Positions 37,872-51,846 of a stretch of DNA of 64,000 nucleotides are shown one piece after another. Position 1 is the first letter of the stretch. Every line of letters starts with the position of its first letter. The position numbers and the translations under genes were made by a program. A model generated the notes under the pieces. That model saw nothing but the letters and a program-made list of their open reading frames with translations. It did no database searches and had not been told where the DNA came from. Origin of the DNA: Lytechinus pictus (lineage: Eukaryota); the NCBI RefSeq assembly GCF_037042905.1, contig NC_087251.1:14324001-14388000 (forward strand), written 5' to 3'.

Positions 37872-39022
37872 CAGTGGCGTAACTACGGGGGGGGAGACAT
37901 GGGGGCACCGGGCACGTGCCCCCCCCCCCCAATCGGCTGGCCCCCCAAAAAAAGGGAAAATAAGAAAAAGAGGGAGAAAGGAAGAGAAACGTGGTGGGAA
38001 AGAAGAAAATATTGTTCATTATAATGTTACATTATATTATAATTATGTTATGTTACTGTATATAACGTAAGAAACATTTTTTTCATAACTTTATCAAACA
38101 AAATTTGCTCAGGGCCTATGTCTTCATTGTTCCTGGTGCTAACATGGTCTGTTTAACTAGATATAATAGATCAAATATTTTTTCGTAACACTATAGTTTT
38201 CAAGTATATTTGAGAGACCTGACGTTGTCAAATCAAGTCAATATACACCACTTCTAGTTATTATTGTTTTATGTAGTGACATGTGTTTTTTTTATGACTA
38301 CTTATGATTGCCCCATTTTAAGGTCTTAATATGAAACATTTCCTGTCCGTGCTTACTTTCGCATTAGTGGAATGGTGAGATATGTCTGCTCTTCATGCAT
38401 TCCTAAAATCGGTCCTTAAAATGTCCCTTTTTCTGATCTGAATATCACATATTTTCAGCTCGCGCTTTGCGCTCGCATCATTTGGCTATTGAAATACGTA
38501 TGGTCTTCGTGAATTCCTACAAACAAGCCTTAAAATACCCGCCTTCAGGTCTGAATTTCCTAAATTTTCAGATCGTGCTTCGCGCTCGCAATATTTGATT
38601 AGTGAGATGCGTATGTTAATCATGATTACAATGATTCCTGTGTTTAGATGTAATTCTAACAAAATCAACAAGCGATTGGCATTGGCATTAGATGACTATG
38701 GTGAGATATGTCCTGAAATATAGTCCTTAAAATGTCCCTGTTTGGGGTCAATATACAAAACTTTCAGCTCGCGCTTCGCGCTCGTATTGTTTGTTCAGCG
38801 AGACAGGTTGGTATCATGATTACAAAATTTGCTTATAATGTCCCTTTTTAGGTCTTAATATCAAAAATTTTCAGTGAGATACATATCCGTTTAATGGCAC
38901 TGTCCTTAAAATGTCTCTACTAGGTCAGTAAACCTGGCAACTGAGCGCGCTTCGCGCGCTCACTAAGTGACTCAAATTTTTGCTGGTACCCCCCCAATGC
39001 CGCGACCCACGGTACGCCACTG
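37872..39022 (-). mobile_element. hAT-type non-autonomous element, family A, inverted copy
   Basis: Same TIRs; perfect 8-bp TSD ATTATAAT; internal sequence is the reverse complement of 24945-26146. Confidence 0.85.
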
Positions 39023-42000
39023 ATTATAATCATGATAATAGTGGCTATAAAGCGAACAAGTTCACATTCTTTTCATGAGAAGACGGAAAAGGTTGAGAAA
39101 AAAAACCGGAGTGTATAATGTTTTGAAATACACTGCATGGATTAAATATGTGATATGACACAACAAAAAAGAAAGAAAAAAAAAACCACGAGTTCACATT
39201 CCGGTACTCGTAGTGCTTTATGAAAGTACACATAAACAAAAAAATAAATATGATTTATCATTAAGTCGTTAATGGACGAGGAAAAATTGTTTATTTTATT
39301 GATATTTCTGTTGATTAAAGTTGGCGTACTTGAATTGTACTGTATAATCAAGATTGTATGCAATTCTTTGAATAAAAAAACAATATAAGTCATAAGCACC
39401 GAGGTGAGGTTATAACCAGGGAGCTCCCACTTCCCTGATATGACTATTGCTATGGTGGCTGCTATATTAGTCTATCTAAACCAATCAGAGGGAAGAATGG
39501 TTGCCAAAGACAGTCCTACTCCACCCAAGGCACGCTGACGCCATGCTCATTAACAACCAGATAGTTATCATCCATAATATATTAAGCCATATCCTGCAAT
39601 TTGGGGACTAGGTAAAAAAATTTATAAAGTTTAGTTAGGGATTCGGTGTATATCAGAGTACGAGGAGTTGAGGCGATATCGCCATTGGGAACAAAACAAA
39701 ATAAATGTGACACATGAACTCATCTCCCCCATTTCCCCATTATTTGTAGATATTTGAAAGTTTTTAATTAGATTGTCCGAATATCTCTATTCAACCAAGA
39801 CGTTGGCTTTCTTTTTAGGGCGAATTGTCTATCATAAATAACATGTAACTAGACTTGTTAACCATTATACTCAGGACAACGAATACAAATACCATATGTA
39901 AGTGTACATACATATCGGGGCAAGTCGTAATTAAACGTGAATATTGATGGGAACATGGTTTGGTAGAGTACAGTGCTCGTAATCTTGCTCCACCGATGTA
40001 CATATTGAACCAGTTTCTTATTTCGATTTTTCGATTCTCAAGATATTGCAAGACGCGAGGATTGTGTTATATTCAGCGAAATAACAGGTGCAAATTGTTG
40101 CTTTTCATTTTGAATGAGATAAAAGTAAATGTGATTAGTTCGATAAAGGAGTGCTCAACTGGCAGTGTAAAGATGTAGAAATCCCGCACTTTGCTGCTAC
40201 TGCAAAATCTAGGACAATGTACTGTTATGACCTTTAGAGTGCACATCTTCTTGCCTTTTGAGGGGGTTATTGGTGTCGTGGGAAGTAGGAACATTTAAAA
40301 TTGTATCAAATAAACAACATGTTAGGATGTTGTTCAAAAAAGAAAGTTGGGGGGGTTGAGAAGTGGAAGAGAGGGAGAGAGACGGAGAGATGGAGATGTT
40401 AATTAAAAGGAACATCTTCTACGCTAATAATTATTCGCCACCTAAATCATTGTAAATAGGCAGCATTTCAAGTAAATCTTAAAGACTGCATTGTCTATTT
40501 GGTCGGTACGACTAATTAGAGACTTTTCGCAACACTTAGCAGACGCTTTCTGGAACATTGATAATCTATTGCCAAGAGCCTTTCATTCCGAATCAGTCTT
40601 TCCGAAAGTCAGTGAATCAAAACAGCAGTGTTCGTTACTCTGGACGAAGGACATCATTTGCAATTTTTATTCAGCTCAGATTTTTGCAACGATCAGCTGT
40701 CTCGTTTAACCAATTTTCTACAAAGACCTCATCAGCTGTTTTTTTGTGATCTTACGGGCATTTTTAAAGATTTAATATGTTGTAGAATCCGTCCCCGTTG
40801 CAAATGCTAAAACTCGCTAGGCCTACTAACTAAAGAGAGCATTGAGGAAAGGAGGTTAGGAATCTAATTTCTAGTGGCCGCTGGCGGCACAAGGAATTTA
40901 AGAGGGTCATAGGGAGGGCAAACAAAATGTGGAGTGTTTTTTCCTCAAATTTTGAACTGTAAAGATAATATTAAGAGCACCTATACAACTTGAATTTGAT
41001 GCCAATGAATTCTTTTTAGAAATTACTCTACATTTATATTTTCTTTTTCTTTTTCTTTTTTTTCTGGTTGAGGCGGGTCACCGATTCCCCGGGGTGCCGC
41101 CACTGCACTAGTCCGCCATTGCTAGTATCTATCGATTCTTCTGGGCGAATTTATTATCAACATAACATTAATGTTGATATTTTTTATACAGCTAATCCAA
41201 TATCGTATATGGTGGCTCTGAAGTATGATCGATCACACACGACTTCAGTCGTAGTGTTCGCGATTTTTGTTGCATATATACTTTGCAATTTCAGTAGTGA
41301 AGTTCGCGATTTTCGTTGGAAACTTTGAAATTTTTCGTTGCAAACTTTGCAACTTAAGTCATGAAGTGGTCTCACAAATCTAAAGACTACTTAGACCATG
41401 TATGCCTCTACTACGACTAAACCAGTTTTCAGAATATGGCCTCTTGACACAGGGCTTCGGGCGACACATATCAGGAATGCATGGTGCTATCGGGTAAATC
41501 AGAACAAATGATCTTCACTTTGAGCAAATTCGTTTCAATTCCCATCAATAAAGGTCTCATCTTAAATGGATCATGAATAGATCATATTTACCAGAAAGGG
41601 GTTGGGTTGTTTTGTCGTCTAGACAGAGTACCGTCAAGCTGAATCACTCACAGTGAAGGTTTGGCCATCTTAATCATCTTTATTGCCATGATGATTTGGA
41701 TAAAGTAAAATGCATTTAGAAAGGGGTAGAAGCTACTTCAAGGATCAATGAACAAAATACGTAGAGCACAAAATAATAAGAATCGTAGAGATTACTTAGG
41801 TTCTCTAACGCATAAAAGTGATTATTATTACCCACACATACACATCCACACACACCCTTATATATGTGGGTGTGTGGGTGAGGGTGTATGTGTGTACACT
41901 GTAAAAAATGAAGTGCTAATTTAGCACTTCATTTGTTACAGTGTAGGTGTTTGTGTTAGTATACTCTAAGTTTACCTATTAAAAGGATAAAGCTTTAAAT

Positions 42001-43939
42001 GATAACTGCCATTCCTCAATGACAATTACTAAATTACAAATTCCCTTTTAACCAATTGTTTACTTACGAAAAGAAAGAAATGTATTTCACTTTAGATATA
42101 TTACTTATTATTGTTAGATATTATAATCCTATAAGTTTCGTAAGTAACTGGTCATGCTGATCGGGCCTTGCTGGTGATGTGCAGTGGATAAGTCAGAGTT
42201 TGAATCAAGAGGCGGGGAATTCAATTCTCGACGATCGTATATCTATGACTTTCAATCATGATTTATAAAAATGAAATCTGCCTCTTATTACGTGAGACGT
42301 GCTCAGGAGCAATGTTGGCATAGCTTTTATGGAGTGTTTATGTTGAATAATTAGTTATCACGAATATTTTTTTATGTTGAAGCGTGCTTGATGCAGAAGG
42401 CAGATTTAATTGAGAATAGACAGGGAATTAAAGAATAATGATATTACTTTCAAATGGGTCTACTCGTTAGTGTTATTGTGCAATATGCCTACTTTCATCG
42501 AAAATATAAAGACGTTTTATAGTGGACATGGTTATCAGCTATAATGTCAATACTTTTTTTATAACTTTAACTTTAATTCAAAGTTTTTGCACTTTCAGTC
42601 AGTACTAAATTTCGTCTACAGCTATAGGCTCCCCACTCTGAAAAAAACCCATCAACACCCCCCCAATAAAAATTGAATTAAAATAAATTGTGGACGTTCT
42701 ATTTGTCAACTTCACTTAATGGTCCTTATATAGGACGCCAACCCATCGAAATATCTATCACTGTGATACGGATCGACCTATCGTTTAAAAAACGTGAAGT
42801 AAATTCGAATAATAGCCCATGGGTGAAACAGGTCAACAAAACGGATTTTTTTTTCCCATAAGTTTGGGATTTATCCATTATGACACCAATCACCTCAGGC
42901 ATATCTCACTCAGGAATTTATCTTTATAAAATAATCAGGATAGAAAACATCTGACGTATAGCTATTAGGACCTCGTTATCCTTTTTACAATTGTCGAAAT
43001 AGATAGATTCCCAATGGTCACAAATCCAAACCATACCCGTGAAGTTCCTAATACGAGTCGTCAGAGTTCAAGGCAAATGGGGAAATATAAAAAAAGAAAA
43101 GATCGAGCTAATTGAAGCCTAATCTTCCAAATCCATATATTCCAGATGAGAGAGCCAATTCTGATTTTATTCTGAAAGAGAGGATTCGGTTCTTTCATCT
43201 GTAATGATTTTATTCAATTTCTTTCCACCCGACGTCCCTGTAATTCGATCCCAAATATTAACATTCCACATCTTTTTCTATATCACCGACTGTCGTCGGT
43301 TTTCATAGGAAACGATGTACATGCAGGAACTATTAGACTGATACCATTCACCTGAAAACAAAATTCAGTTTTAGTAGTCTGTGCTATCTTTAGTCCTCGA
43401 TATAATACAATTGAGTGTACTGATCAATTTACCCTTAACGAATTTAATATCTCATGTATGTAGAACATGAAACGGTACATCGCCGACGTGGAGTTCACTT
43501 TGCACAGTATGGCTGTCTCTGAAATAAGGTCGATTTTAAAGGGGGTCTAGGTCCCTCCGAAATCCCATTTAGACGATTTTTTTGTATCAATTTATATACA
43601 AAATTGTTTTTAATGATATAAAGTTGGTAAAATTAGATCAATGCATATCTTATAAACATTAAACAAATGTGGATTAAAAGACGGGACAGACAATATATTA
43701 TAGTTGGTCATAGTAAATAAATGAATTTACCACGATTATTCTACAATAATTATTCAGAGGGGTCCACACACTACAGGCATTTGCTTTTCTAGTGGATTCC
43801 TCCATTTTCTGAGATGTATAATGTTTATGATAATTTTCTTATATATAATACTTTCTTTTACTTTTGAGGAAAAATATGATATCTTGTACCTCCCACAATT
43901 TATATTGTTTGCATTTGCGTTTCTGTGATCGTCAGTGTG

Positions 43940-44845
43940 ACACAGTGCGATATGCACACTTCTTGATTCTCTGTATCATGTGTGCGTAATACTGTGGTTT
44001 TAGCACTATGTTGTATGATGTGTGCATCAAATGATTCTCTTTGCCATGTGTGTGTAACATTGTGGTGTGAAACACTTTTTTTTTCTTGTTTCTTCATATG
44101 TGTATGGTGTGACTATCACATGATTCTCTGTATAATGTGTGCGTAATACTGTGGTGTGAACACTATGTTGTATGATGTGTGTATCAAATGATTCTCTTTG
44201 CCATGTGTGTGTACCACTGGTGTGAAACACTTCTTGTTTCTTGATGTTTGTATGATGTGACTATGATTCTGTGTGTCATGTGTGCGTAATAATGTGGTGT
44301 GAACACTATGCTGTATGGTTTGTGACAAACAGTGTGCTTCAAATGATTCTCTTTGCCATGTGTGTGTAACACTGCGGATTGAACACTTTTTGTTTCTTCA
44401 TGTTTGTATGGCATGACTATCACATGATTCTCTGTATCATGCGTGTAATACTGTGGTGTGAACACGTATTGATTTTGTTTATGTTTGTGTGATGTGCACA
44501 TCACATTATGTGTGTCTTGTGTGTGTAACTGTGGCGTAAATACTTCTTGTTTCTTCATGTTTGTATGCCTGTGTGCATAAAATTATTATCTTTGTCATGC
44601 GTGTAACACTGTGGAATGAACACTTCTTGTTTCCTTTTTTTAATTCATATTTGTGACTTCCACACATGTGAACACGCCTCGATTTTTTTACGCTCGTGCG
44701 GTGTGCGCATTTCTTGTGTTATGAGTTTGTAACACTGTGGTGTGAAAACTTCTTGCTTCTTTATGTTTTTGTGGTGTGTGCATCACATGATTGTATGTGT
44801 CATGAGTTTGTAATATTGTGGTGTGAATACTTCTTGATTTGTCAT
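43940..44845. repeat. Degenerate TG-rich minisatellite
   Basis: Recurring ATGATTCTCT...ATGTGTG..TAATACTGTGGTGTGAACACT units. Confidence 0.85.
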
Positions 44846-45827
44846 GGGTGTATGCCACAGTCTGGTGAGTTATTTTTGTAAACTGCCCGATTCATTTTAT
44901 TATCAATAAGTCATACTATTGGATATGAATAATTCATGTTCATCTGATTCTGTGACTGTGAGTCCTACAGTAAAGTATTTACACCATACGGTATGTGCAA
45001 CATTATGGTGGCTTATAGCGCAGTATTTTGATAAAGTTTCACGTTTTCGCTGTCCTTCAAGTTATGTTTTTTTCTACTCACACTGGAATACTTTCCCTCT
45101 TGGTTGGTTAGTATTCTCTGTAACCTTTTCTTGAAAAATATTTAATCTATCATTCCTCATCCGAAAGGAGTATATATTCTCTTTTATGCATTAGCAAATC
45201 CTAGAAAGGTCATAGATCGAGGACGGTATCGTGTGAACGGAGTAGAATAGAACCTCCAATATTGATTATCTACTTTTACAATGACATTTTCGAAACTCTT
45301 TGAATACTCGGCCTTATGACCAGATGCTGCCATTTAACACAAAAAACGGGCGCATAAGCTTTTTAGCACCTTCATTATTTCGGATTAAATCATCAACACC
45401 CTCTCGGACAATGGTACGTGCAAAATTAAACGAGATGATTGAATGATAAATTTCTTTTAAGCACTGTATACCAAAATTTTTACAACTTTTTGTTTACATT
45501 GTATCATGTCATATCGCATCATCGTCACCGTCCTCGTCGTCACCGTCGTGGTCATCATCATCATCAATAATATAATCATGATGTTTATTATTAATGTGAT
45601 TATTATAATTGTCATGATAATATATTTTGTACTTGTTATCCAATGTTATCTTATTGGTTGACAAGGGAGAGCAAGGCCAAACCATCATTTAAGATGGTAC
45701 AGATGGTAGACAGTCGACGTTTAAACACATTGACATTGTTACTAGTATATTTCATTTTAAATTATTTTCATTGTTATCATCATCGTCGTCGTGGTCATCA
45801 TCATTCTTTGTAATTATCAGGATTATA

Positions 45828-46184
45828 TAGTAGCAGTAGTGATATTAGTAGAAGAATTAAAAGTGGTAATAGAAGAAGAAGAAGAAGGGATGAAGGGGGA
45901 GGAGGAGGAGGAGAAAAAGAAAAAGAAGAAGTAGTAATAGTAGTAGTAGTAGTAGCAGCAGTAAAAGTAGTAGATAGTAGTAAAATAATAATGATAATAA
46001 TAGTAGTAGTAGCAGTAGTAATAATAATAATAATAGTTTAGTAGTAGTTATAGTATAATGGTAGTAGTAATAGTATAGGTGTTAATAGTAGTAATAGCAG
46101 TAATAGTAGTAATAATAGTTTAGTAGTAGTTATAGTGATAGTAATAGTAAAAGTAGTAGTGGCGGTGGTTGTGGTGGTGGTAGC

Positions 46185-46231
<47 letters not shown>

Positions 46232-46260
46232 CAGCAGCAGCAGCAGTAGTAGTTGTTATA
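45828..46260. repeat. Compound trinucleotide microsatellite (TAG/AAT/GAA/GAG/GCA)
   Basis: Directly visible. Confidence 0.95.
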
Positions 46261-49109
46261 TTATCACTATCTTTATTGTTTATTAGTATTTTTCCAGAAC
46301 AGGAAAGGAAATCAGTTTAAAGGGCAATCAAAATTTCATTTAAACTCTCCAATTTTACGAATGTGTTTTTTTTTGCGTTATGGATTATTATCTATAATCG
46401 GCATATCACAAACGACAAGGGGATAGGTTCTGTGTTTACATGAGAGAGAGAGCGAGAGAAGAGCGGGGGGGAGAGAAAGAATGGAAGTAAAAAAGAGGAG
46501 AGAGAGCAAGGGTGGGTGTGTGTGAGTGTATTTGTGTGTAAGCAAGGCATTTAATCGGCAATGCTCTTTTATCCTGCATCATATAAATGAAAATTCTATA
46601 CGCATTCTTGGTCTAGGTGTGCACTTGTTTAAAGAAGTTACTGTATCAATGTAATATGTGTAGGATTAGGAAAAAGAATACATTTTGGTCTTTTTGGACC
46701 TAAAATACGTTATAGATTAAGAGCTCTGATCTCACAGATGAAGACAATAACAGCATGGTTTAGAAATTTTAAACACCGTTAAGAAAATCTAAGCTGTAAA
46801 AAAATGATTCCTAGTTCACAAAATATAACTTGTACAATCGTCAGATGTCATTATGTTCCATTGTTAAATTTGCGTGTGATTGTACAAAAGAAGAAATAAT
46901 TTATTGCACCTCGTTTCATTTTTTGTCTACTCTGTCTTTTTCACGTCTCGTCATGCAGAAATACTCGTTGGAATCCTGGCAGAGAGAGAATAGCACAATA
47001 GTTGTTTCATTAGTCGCTTCGCCACCACTATCATGACTATTGTATTGAGTTGTCCTTTTGACAAAGCGCCGCATAGGAAAGATGCGCGGTGGGGCAAATC
47101 AAAAGCAAACACAAGCGTCGGATATATCACGACAGTGCATAGTAATCATTGCATTTTGACAAGAAAAATGCGGAAGAACAGATGTAAAATGAGTAATTAG
47201 GTCAAAGCCATCAACTGCACCAGAAATAATGCAGTCATGCAATCTTTTTACGTCAGGCAGCCCGACTGCATACATGTTTTGAAAATTACAAAAAAAAATA
47301 AGTTCTACCCATCAAAAGTGGTGTTAGTTTCTATAATGAAAAGGTCTTGAGAAAAATACTTTGTTAAAATGTTCACATAAATCTATTGACAAACCCCCCG
47401 ATCACGAAAATCAGTATATTGATACTTTCAGTTGCACTCCAGTGAGACCACGTTAAAAACAAAACTGCTATTTTTCAAAATTCATAATATAATTGTCTTT
47501 GTGATATCTGTCCCGATACCTCTCAGGCATACCTCGGATTAAAAGCTTATCAAAGAATAGAAGAATTACAAATGAATGATAACCTAAATAAAAAGCCACC
47601 CGAAATAAAAAGGCCAGTTGACATTATATAATATTATGATTCAGTCTGATTCTCTGACCTCAACATCCATAAACAAAGGAGTGGCGTTCCGGTATATAGT
47701 TTTAACAGTCATATGAGATATGCAGGAATAAAAGTACACTTTCAGGATATTCTAATATACTGTAAACCGCTTAGACAAATGATACAGCTTTCCACTAAAA
47801 ACTTTATATTCGTTATGATATCGCCATGGACCTATTTGTTGTAGGTCCATGATATCGCTGACATCCCCTGAAATGAGCCCAAAACCAAAATACATTTAAA
47901 TAATCATTTGACTTCTGACATCTAAATCATTATACGATGAATACGTGTAGGTATATGATATTGGTTTACTTTTATGAATATGCGTCCACGATATGCAGCG
48001 CAATAGCTGAAATAGTGGAAAAATCAGTTGTTCAGTTTAAAATAATTTTTTTCTTAATTCGTTTCCTTCTAAATTTATCATCCACAGTTCAGGAATCCAC
48101 CATGAGAAAGGAGAGATCGAAAAGATAACAAGAGAGATAAAAATAACAAGAATTAATTCTGCAGCTCGGATTCACTTCTTTTAGTCTTTCGCAAACCCAT
48201 GTGGAAATCTGTAAATATATTAGATACATTTTCATTTCAAAACATTTATTTGTTGTGTTAATGTATGAAATGTATAAAAACACAATACATGATTGGAAAG
48301 ACCAATTGCTTGATATGATGGTGGTGGTTATGGGTGCTGCATAAATGCATTTCTTCAATGGAGCAAAATTTAATTTAGAATTTTTATTGAGGGTGATTCG
48401 TGAGTTTTCAGTTACAGTATCATGTTTGGTGCTCATGGGTTTAGTTTGAAAAATTGAAACTTCTAAGAACGATGATGAAATTGTGAAAACTGATGTTTTG
48501 TTGTATAATTACTGCTTTCTTAAAAAAAAAACCTGGAATAAAAACAAAGACTTGGTTTTGAGGTAACATATTGACAGAAATGAAACTGTACACAACAAAA
48601 TAATTGAAGTGTACCTGCAAGCAATATGTTTTGTATTTTGCTATTGCAAGAATGTTTTTTGGGGGGTGAGGGGTTAACTACTGTTAACTGTGTAGTGGGA
48701 TGATAATTCTATATCAAATAAATTAATAAATTAATTAATTAACTGAATACAGCATATATGTGCTTATTCTCCTGAGGCTAGTTTAAAAAGACTTCAAAAT
48801 TTGACAGAGGTCTGTCCTTTCTCATAATTTTATTCTGTGAAATGTGTCCTAAGCTTTATCCTCGAATCCATTTGTTACATCTTATTTTGGAGGTAACGTC
48901 ACTTTACCATGGTCTTATATCGAACAATAACATGAAATCTGAAGCTACAGTCACACCTTTAAACCGACTCCAGACCGATCAAATATAATCCGCTCTTTCC
49001 GATGGCATTATCATCGCTTGGTTTGAAGTCGGCTTCGTTTGTGTGACTGCACTGTACCACAATCAAGGAATCTATCCAGTCTTACTTTATTGACCAAGTT
49101 CCTTACTAT

Positions 49110-51222
49110 CAGGGACCTGGGAGCGACTTTTTGGCTGGGGGTGCTGAAGTAGGACTAAATTCAGGGGCGGATACAGCTTTCGCCAATAATGGGGGTGGGG
49201 GCGAAAACAAATCACCCACGTTTTCCCCGATTGGCAATTCAAAGATGATTTTTGTTTGTTTCTTCGTAACAGTCACTTCTTTGCTTTATTCTTATAAAAC
49301 ATAGTAATCTCATAAGCCATATTTAAATATTGCGAGCGCGAAGCACGAGCTATTTTTTTTGGAAATTTCATGTATCTTGTCCTGAAAATCGAACATTCTG
49401 GGCAATGTTTGTGATCCTGAACAAAATCCGTATATAACTGATCGGAAAGGGACCTGTTGAGGACTGTTTGTAGTTAGCCATAAAGCAATACATATTCAAT
49501 GATAATCAAATAAAGCGAGCGCGAAGCGCAAGCTGAACATTTTTGACATTCCAACCTAAAAAATGAAAATTCTAAGCATATTTTGTAATCATGGGCAGGA
49601 TATAGGGATATAACTAAACAATTCGAGCGCGAAGCGTGAGCGGAAAAAAAAAGGTTTAGACATAAAAACGGGTCACTCTATTCATGTTTTGTAAATCATG
49701 AAAAAAATGGGTAATTGGGTATCCTAAATCAATAGCTGAAAATTTTTGTCTGAAATTGGATAATTTAAGCATGTTTGAAATTAAGAACAAGTGATGTATC
49801 TCAATAAACATGCGTTCATGTGTTTAAGATTTATACCTAGTATCTGGGCATTCTTTATATATCTTTTATCATGAAAATTAATAATGTGACCGCGAAGCGC
49901 GAGCTGAAAATATTTGATATTCCTATCTGAAAAAGGGTCAATTTAAGCACTAATTCAAGCCCTCTGTAGGAAAATCATGAAGTGGATATTATGGATCGCT
50001 CTTGATAAACGATGTGAGCGCAAAGCACAGGCTGCTATTTTTATTATCTTTATTTTGACCTAGGACCTGGACATTCCAAGGACATTTTGTCATCATATGA
50101 AAATGATGGCTTTCTTCTATTCCTCTTCCTAAGCGCGAGATATTCCATTCTGATAAAAAGGACAATTTAATTATCACGAATTCATGAAAATGTTATTTTT
50201 GTATTTATTAATCTAATAAGCCTAATGACACTTCAAAATTTGTTGATATTAATTCCTGAAAACTGGATATTTTATGCACTTTTGTAATTATGAATAGGAT
50301 GCATGGGTTAATATATTTTTAACAAATTAATGAAAGCGCAAATCGCGATGTTATGAAAAAGAGATTTTAAGTGGTTTGATTTAAAATTGCTTATTATTAT
50401 TGAGGTTTACATTACTCATCAATCAAAATGCGAGCGCGCAGCGCTGGCTGATAGGTTTTGACAATCAAACCTGAAAATTAAGGGATATTTCGAGAATTTT
50501 TTGGAATACACGAAGAGAATAGGTACCTGACAAATAACGCAAGCGCGCAGCGCGAGCTGAAAATGTTGAGACTGAGACAATAAAACGGACATTATTCAGA
50601 GCACTTTTTAAAAATTAATTTATAAATCACACAAAATAATTAAAGCTCAAAGTCGGAGCTGAAATATGTTTATATATTGACTTCAAAACTTGATATTTCA
50701 AGTTCCATATCAGCCTATTAAGGAAGAATCTCATGTAGGCCTTTCTAATCAAACATGCAATGCAAACGCGAAGCGCGAGCGAAAACTTATTATAGTGACA
50801 TAAAAGGTTTTTTATTTTATTTTCCAAGTCGTCCCCTCACCTCATTATATTCACTATTCTTCATACTTTTATTTTCTCCTCTCCTTTCCCTGCTTTGTCT
50901 TTTTTTAAATGCCCCCTTTTTTTTTGCTTCGCCAATAGGGAGTCCCGGCCCCCTTGGGCCCCCTGGATCCGCCTATGTAAATTTGACAAGCAAAACAAGG
51001 TTTCACTACTAAATGAAGGTCGTTTTGGTGCCAAGAAATTTGATAAGCCAAAAAAGGGGTTTCAACAAAAGATGTTGGTCATTTTCCATATATTTCTCTT
51101 ATGTGACACCCCAACCAGAATTCCAGGGGGTGCTGCCTATGGAAAATAATACACGCAGCACCCCCTGGGAAAATCTTGGGGGTGCTTCAGCACCCCCTGC
51201 ACCCCCGCTTCCCAGGTCCATG
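49110..51222. mobile_element. hAT-type MITE, family C, carrying a nested insertion
   Basis: TIR CAGGGACCTGGGAGCG / CGCTTCCCAGGTCCATG; perfect 8-bp TSD CTTACTAT. Confidence 0.8.
49162..50977 (+). mobile_element. hAT-like family B element nested in family C
   Basis: CAGGGGCGGATACAG...CTGGATCCGCCTATG; TAAATT on both flanks. Confidence 0.75.
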
Positions 51223-51253
51223 CTTACTATCTGCGTCAAGTTCAAGCCTTTAA

Positions 51254-51846
51254 AGCTCAGAAAAATGTTGAGTTGAATCAATAGAATAAAATCAGACAAG
51301 CATAATGCTGAAAATTTCATCAAAATCGGGTGTAAAATAAAAAAGTTATGACATTTTGAAGTTTCGCTTATTTTTCACAAAATAGTTATATGCACAATTT
51401 AGTCATATGCAAATGAGAGAATGGATGATGTCCTTCACTCACTATTTCTTTTGTCATTGGTGTCATTGTTTGAATTAGACAATATTTCAATTTTTAAGTA
51501 TTTGGAAATAAGAACCAACTTGACTGAACCATAAAATGTTATGGTAAATTCCACATGTTCAGGGAGAAATAAAACTTTGTTTCACAGGCCAATGAGGAGA
51601 AAATTAGAATATTTCATATTTTATATAAGGAAATACAAAAGAAATAGTGAGTGAGTGGTGTCATCAGTTCCCTCATTTGCATATCGAGCGTGATGTGCAT
51701 ATAACTGTTTTATGAAATTAAGCGAAACTTCAAAATGACATAACTTTCTTATTCTACATCCGATTTTGATGAAATTTTCAGTGCTATGCTTGCTGGATTT
51801 TTCTCTTTTTATTCAAATCAACTTTTAGTTGGAGTGGACTTGTCCT
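51254..51846. mobile_element. Kolobok-like MITE, copy 2 (left end damaged)
   Basis: Same internal sequence; right end GTGGACTTGTCCT|TTAA. Confidence 0.75.

Noticed and set aside
43940..44845. CRISPR-like array, or His/Thr-rich repeat ORFs
   Set aside because: The context is eukaryotic, the repeats are degenerate with no unique spacers, and no cas genes are present. The ORFs are by-products of the minisatellite.
46135..46320. Poly-Val/Ala ORF resembling a transmembrane protein
   Set aside because: It is the translation of a (GTA)n/(GCA)n microsatellite.
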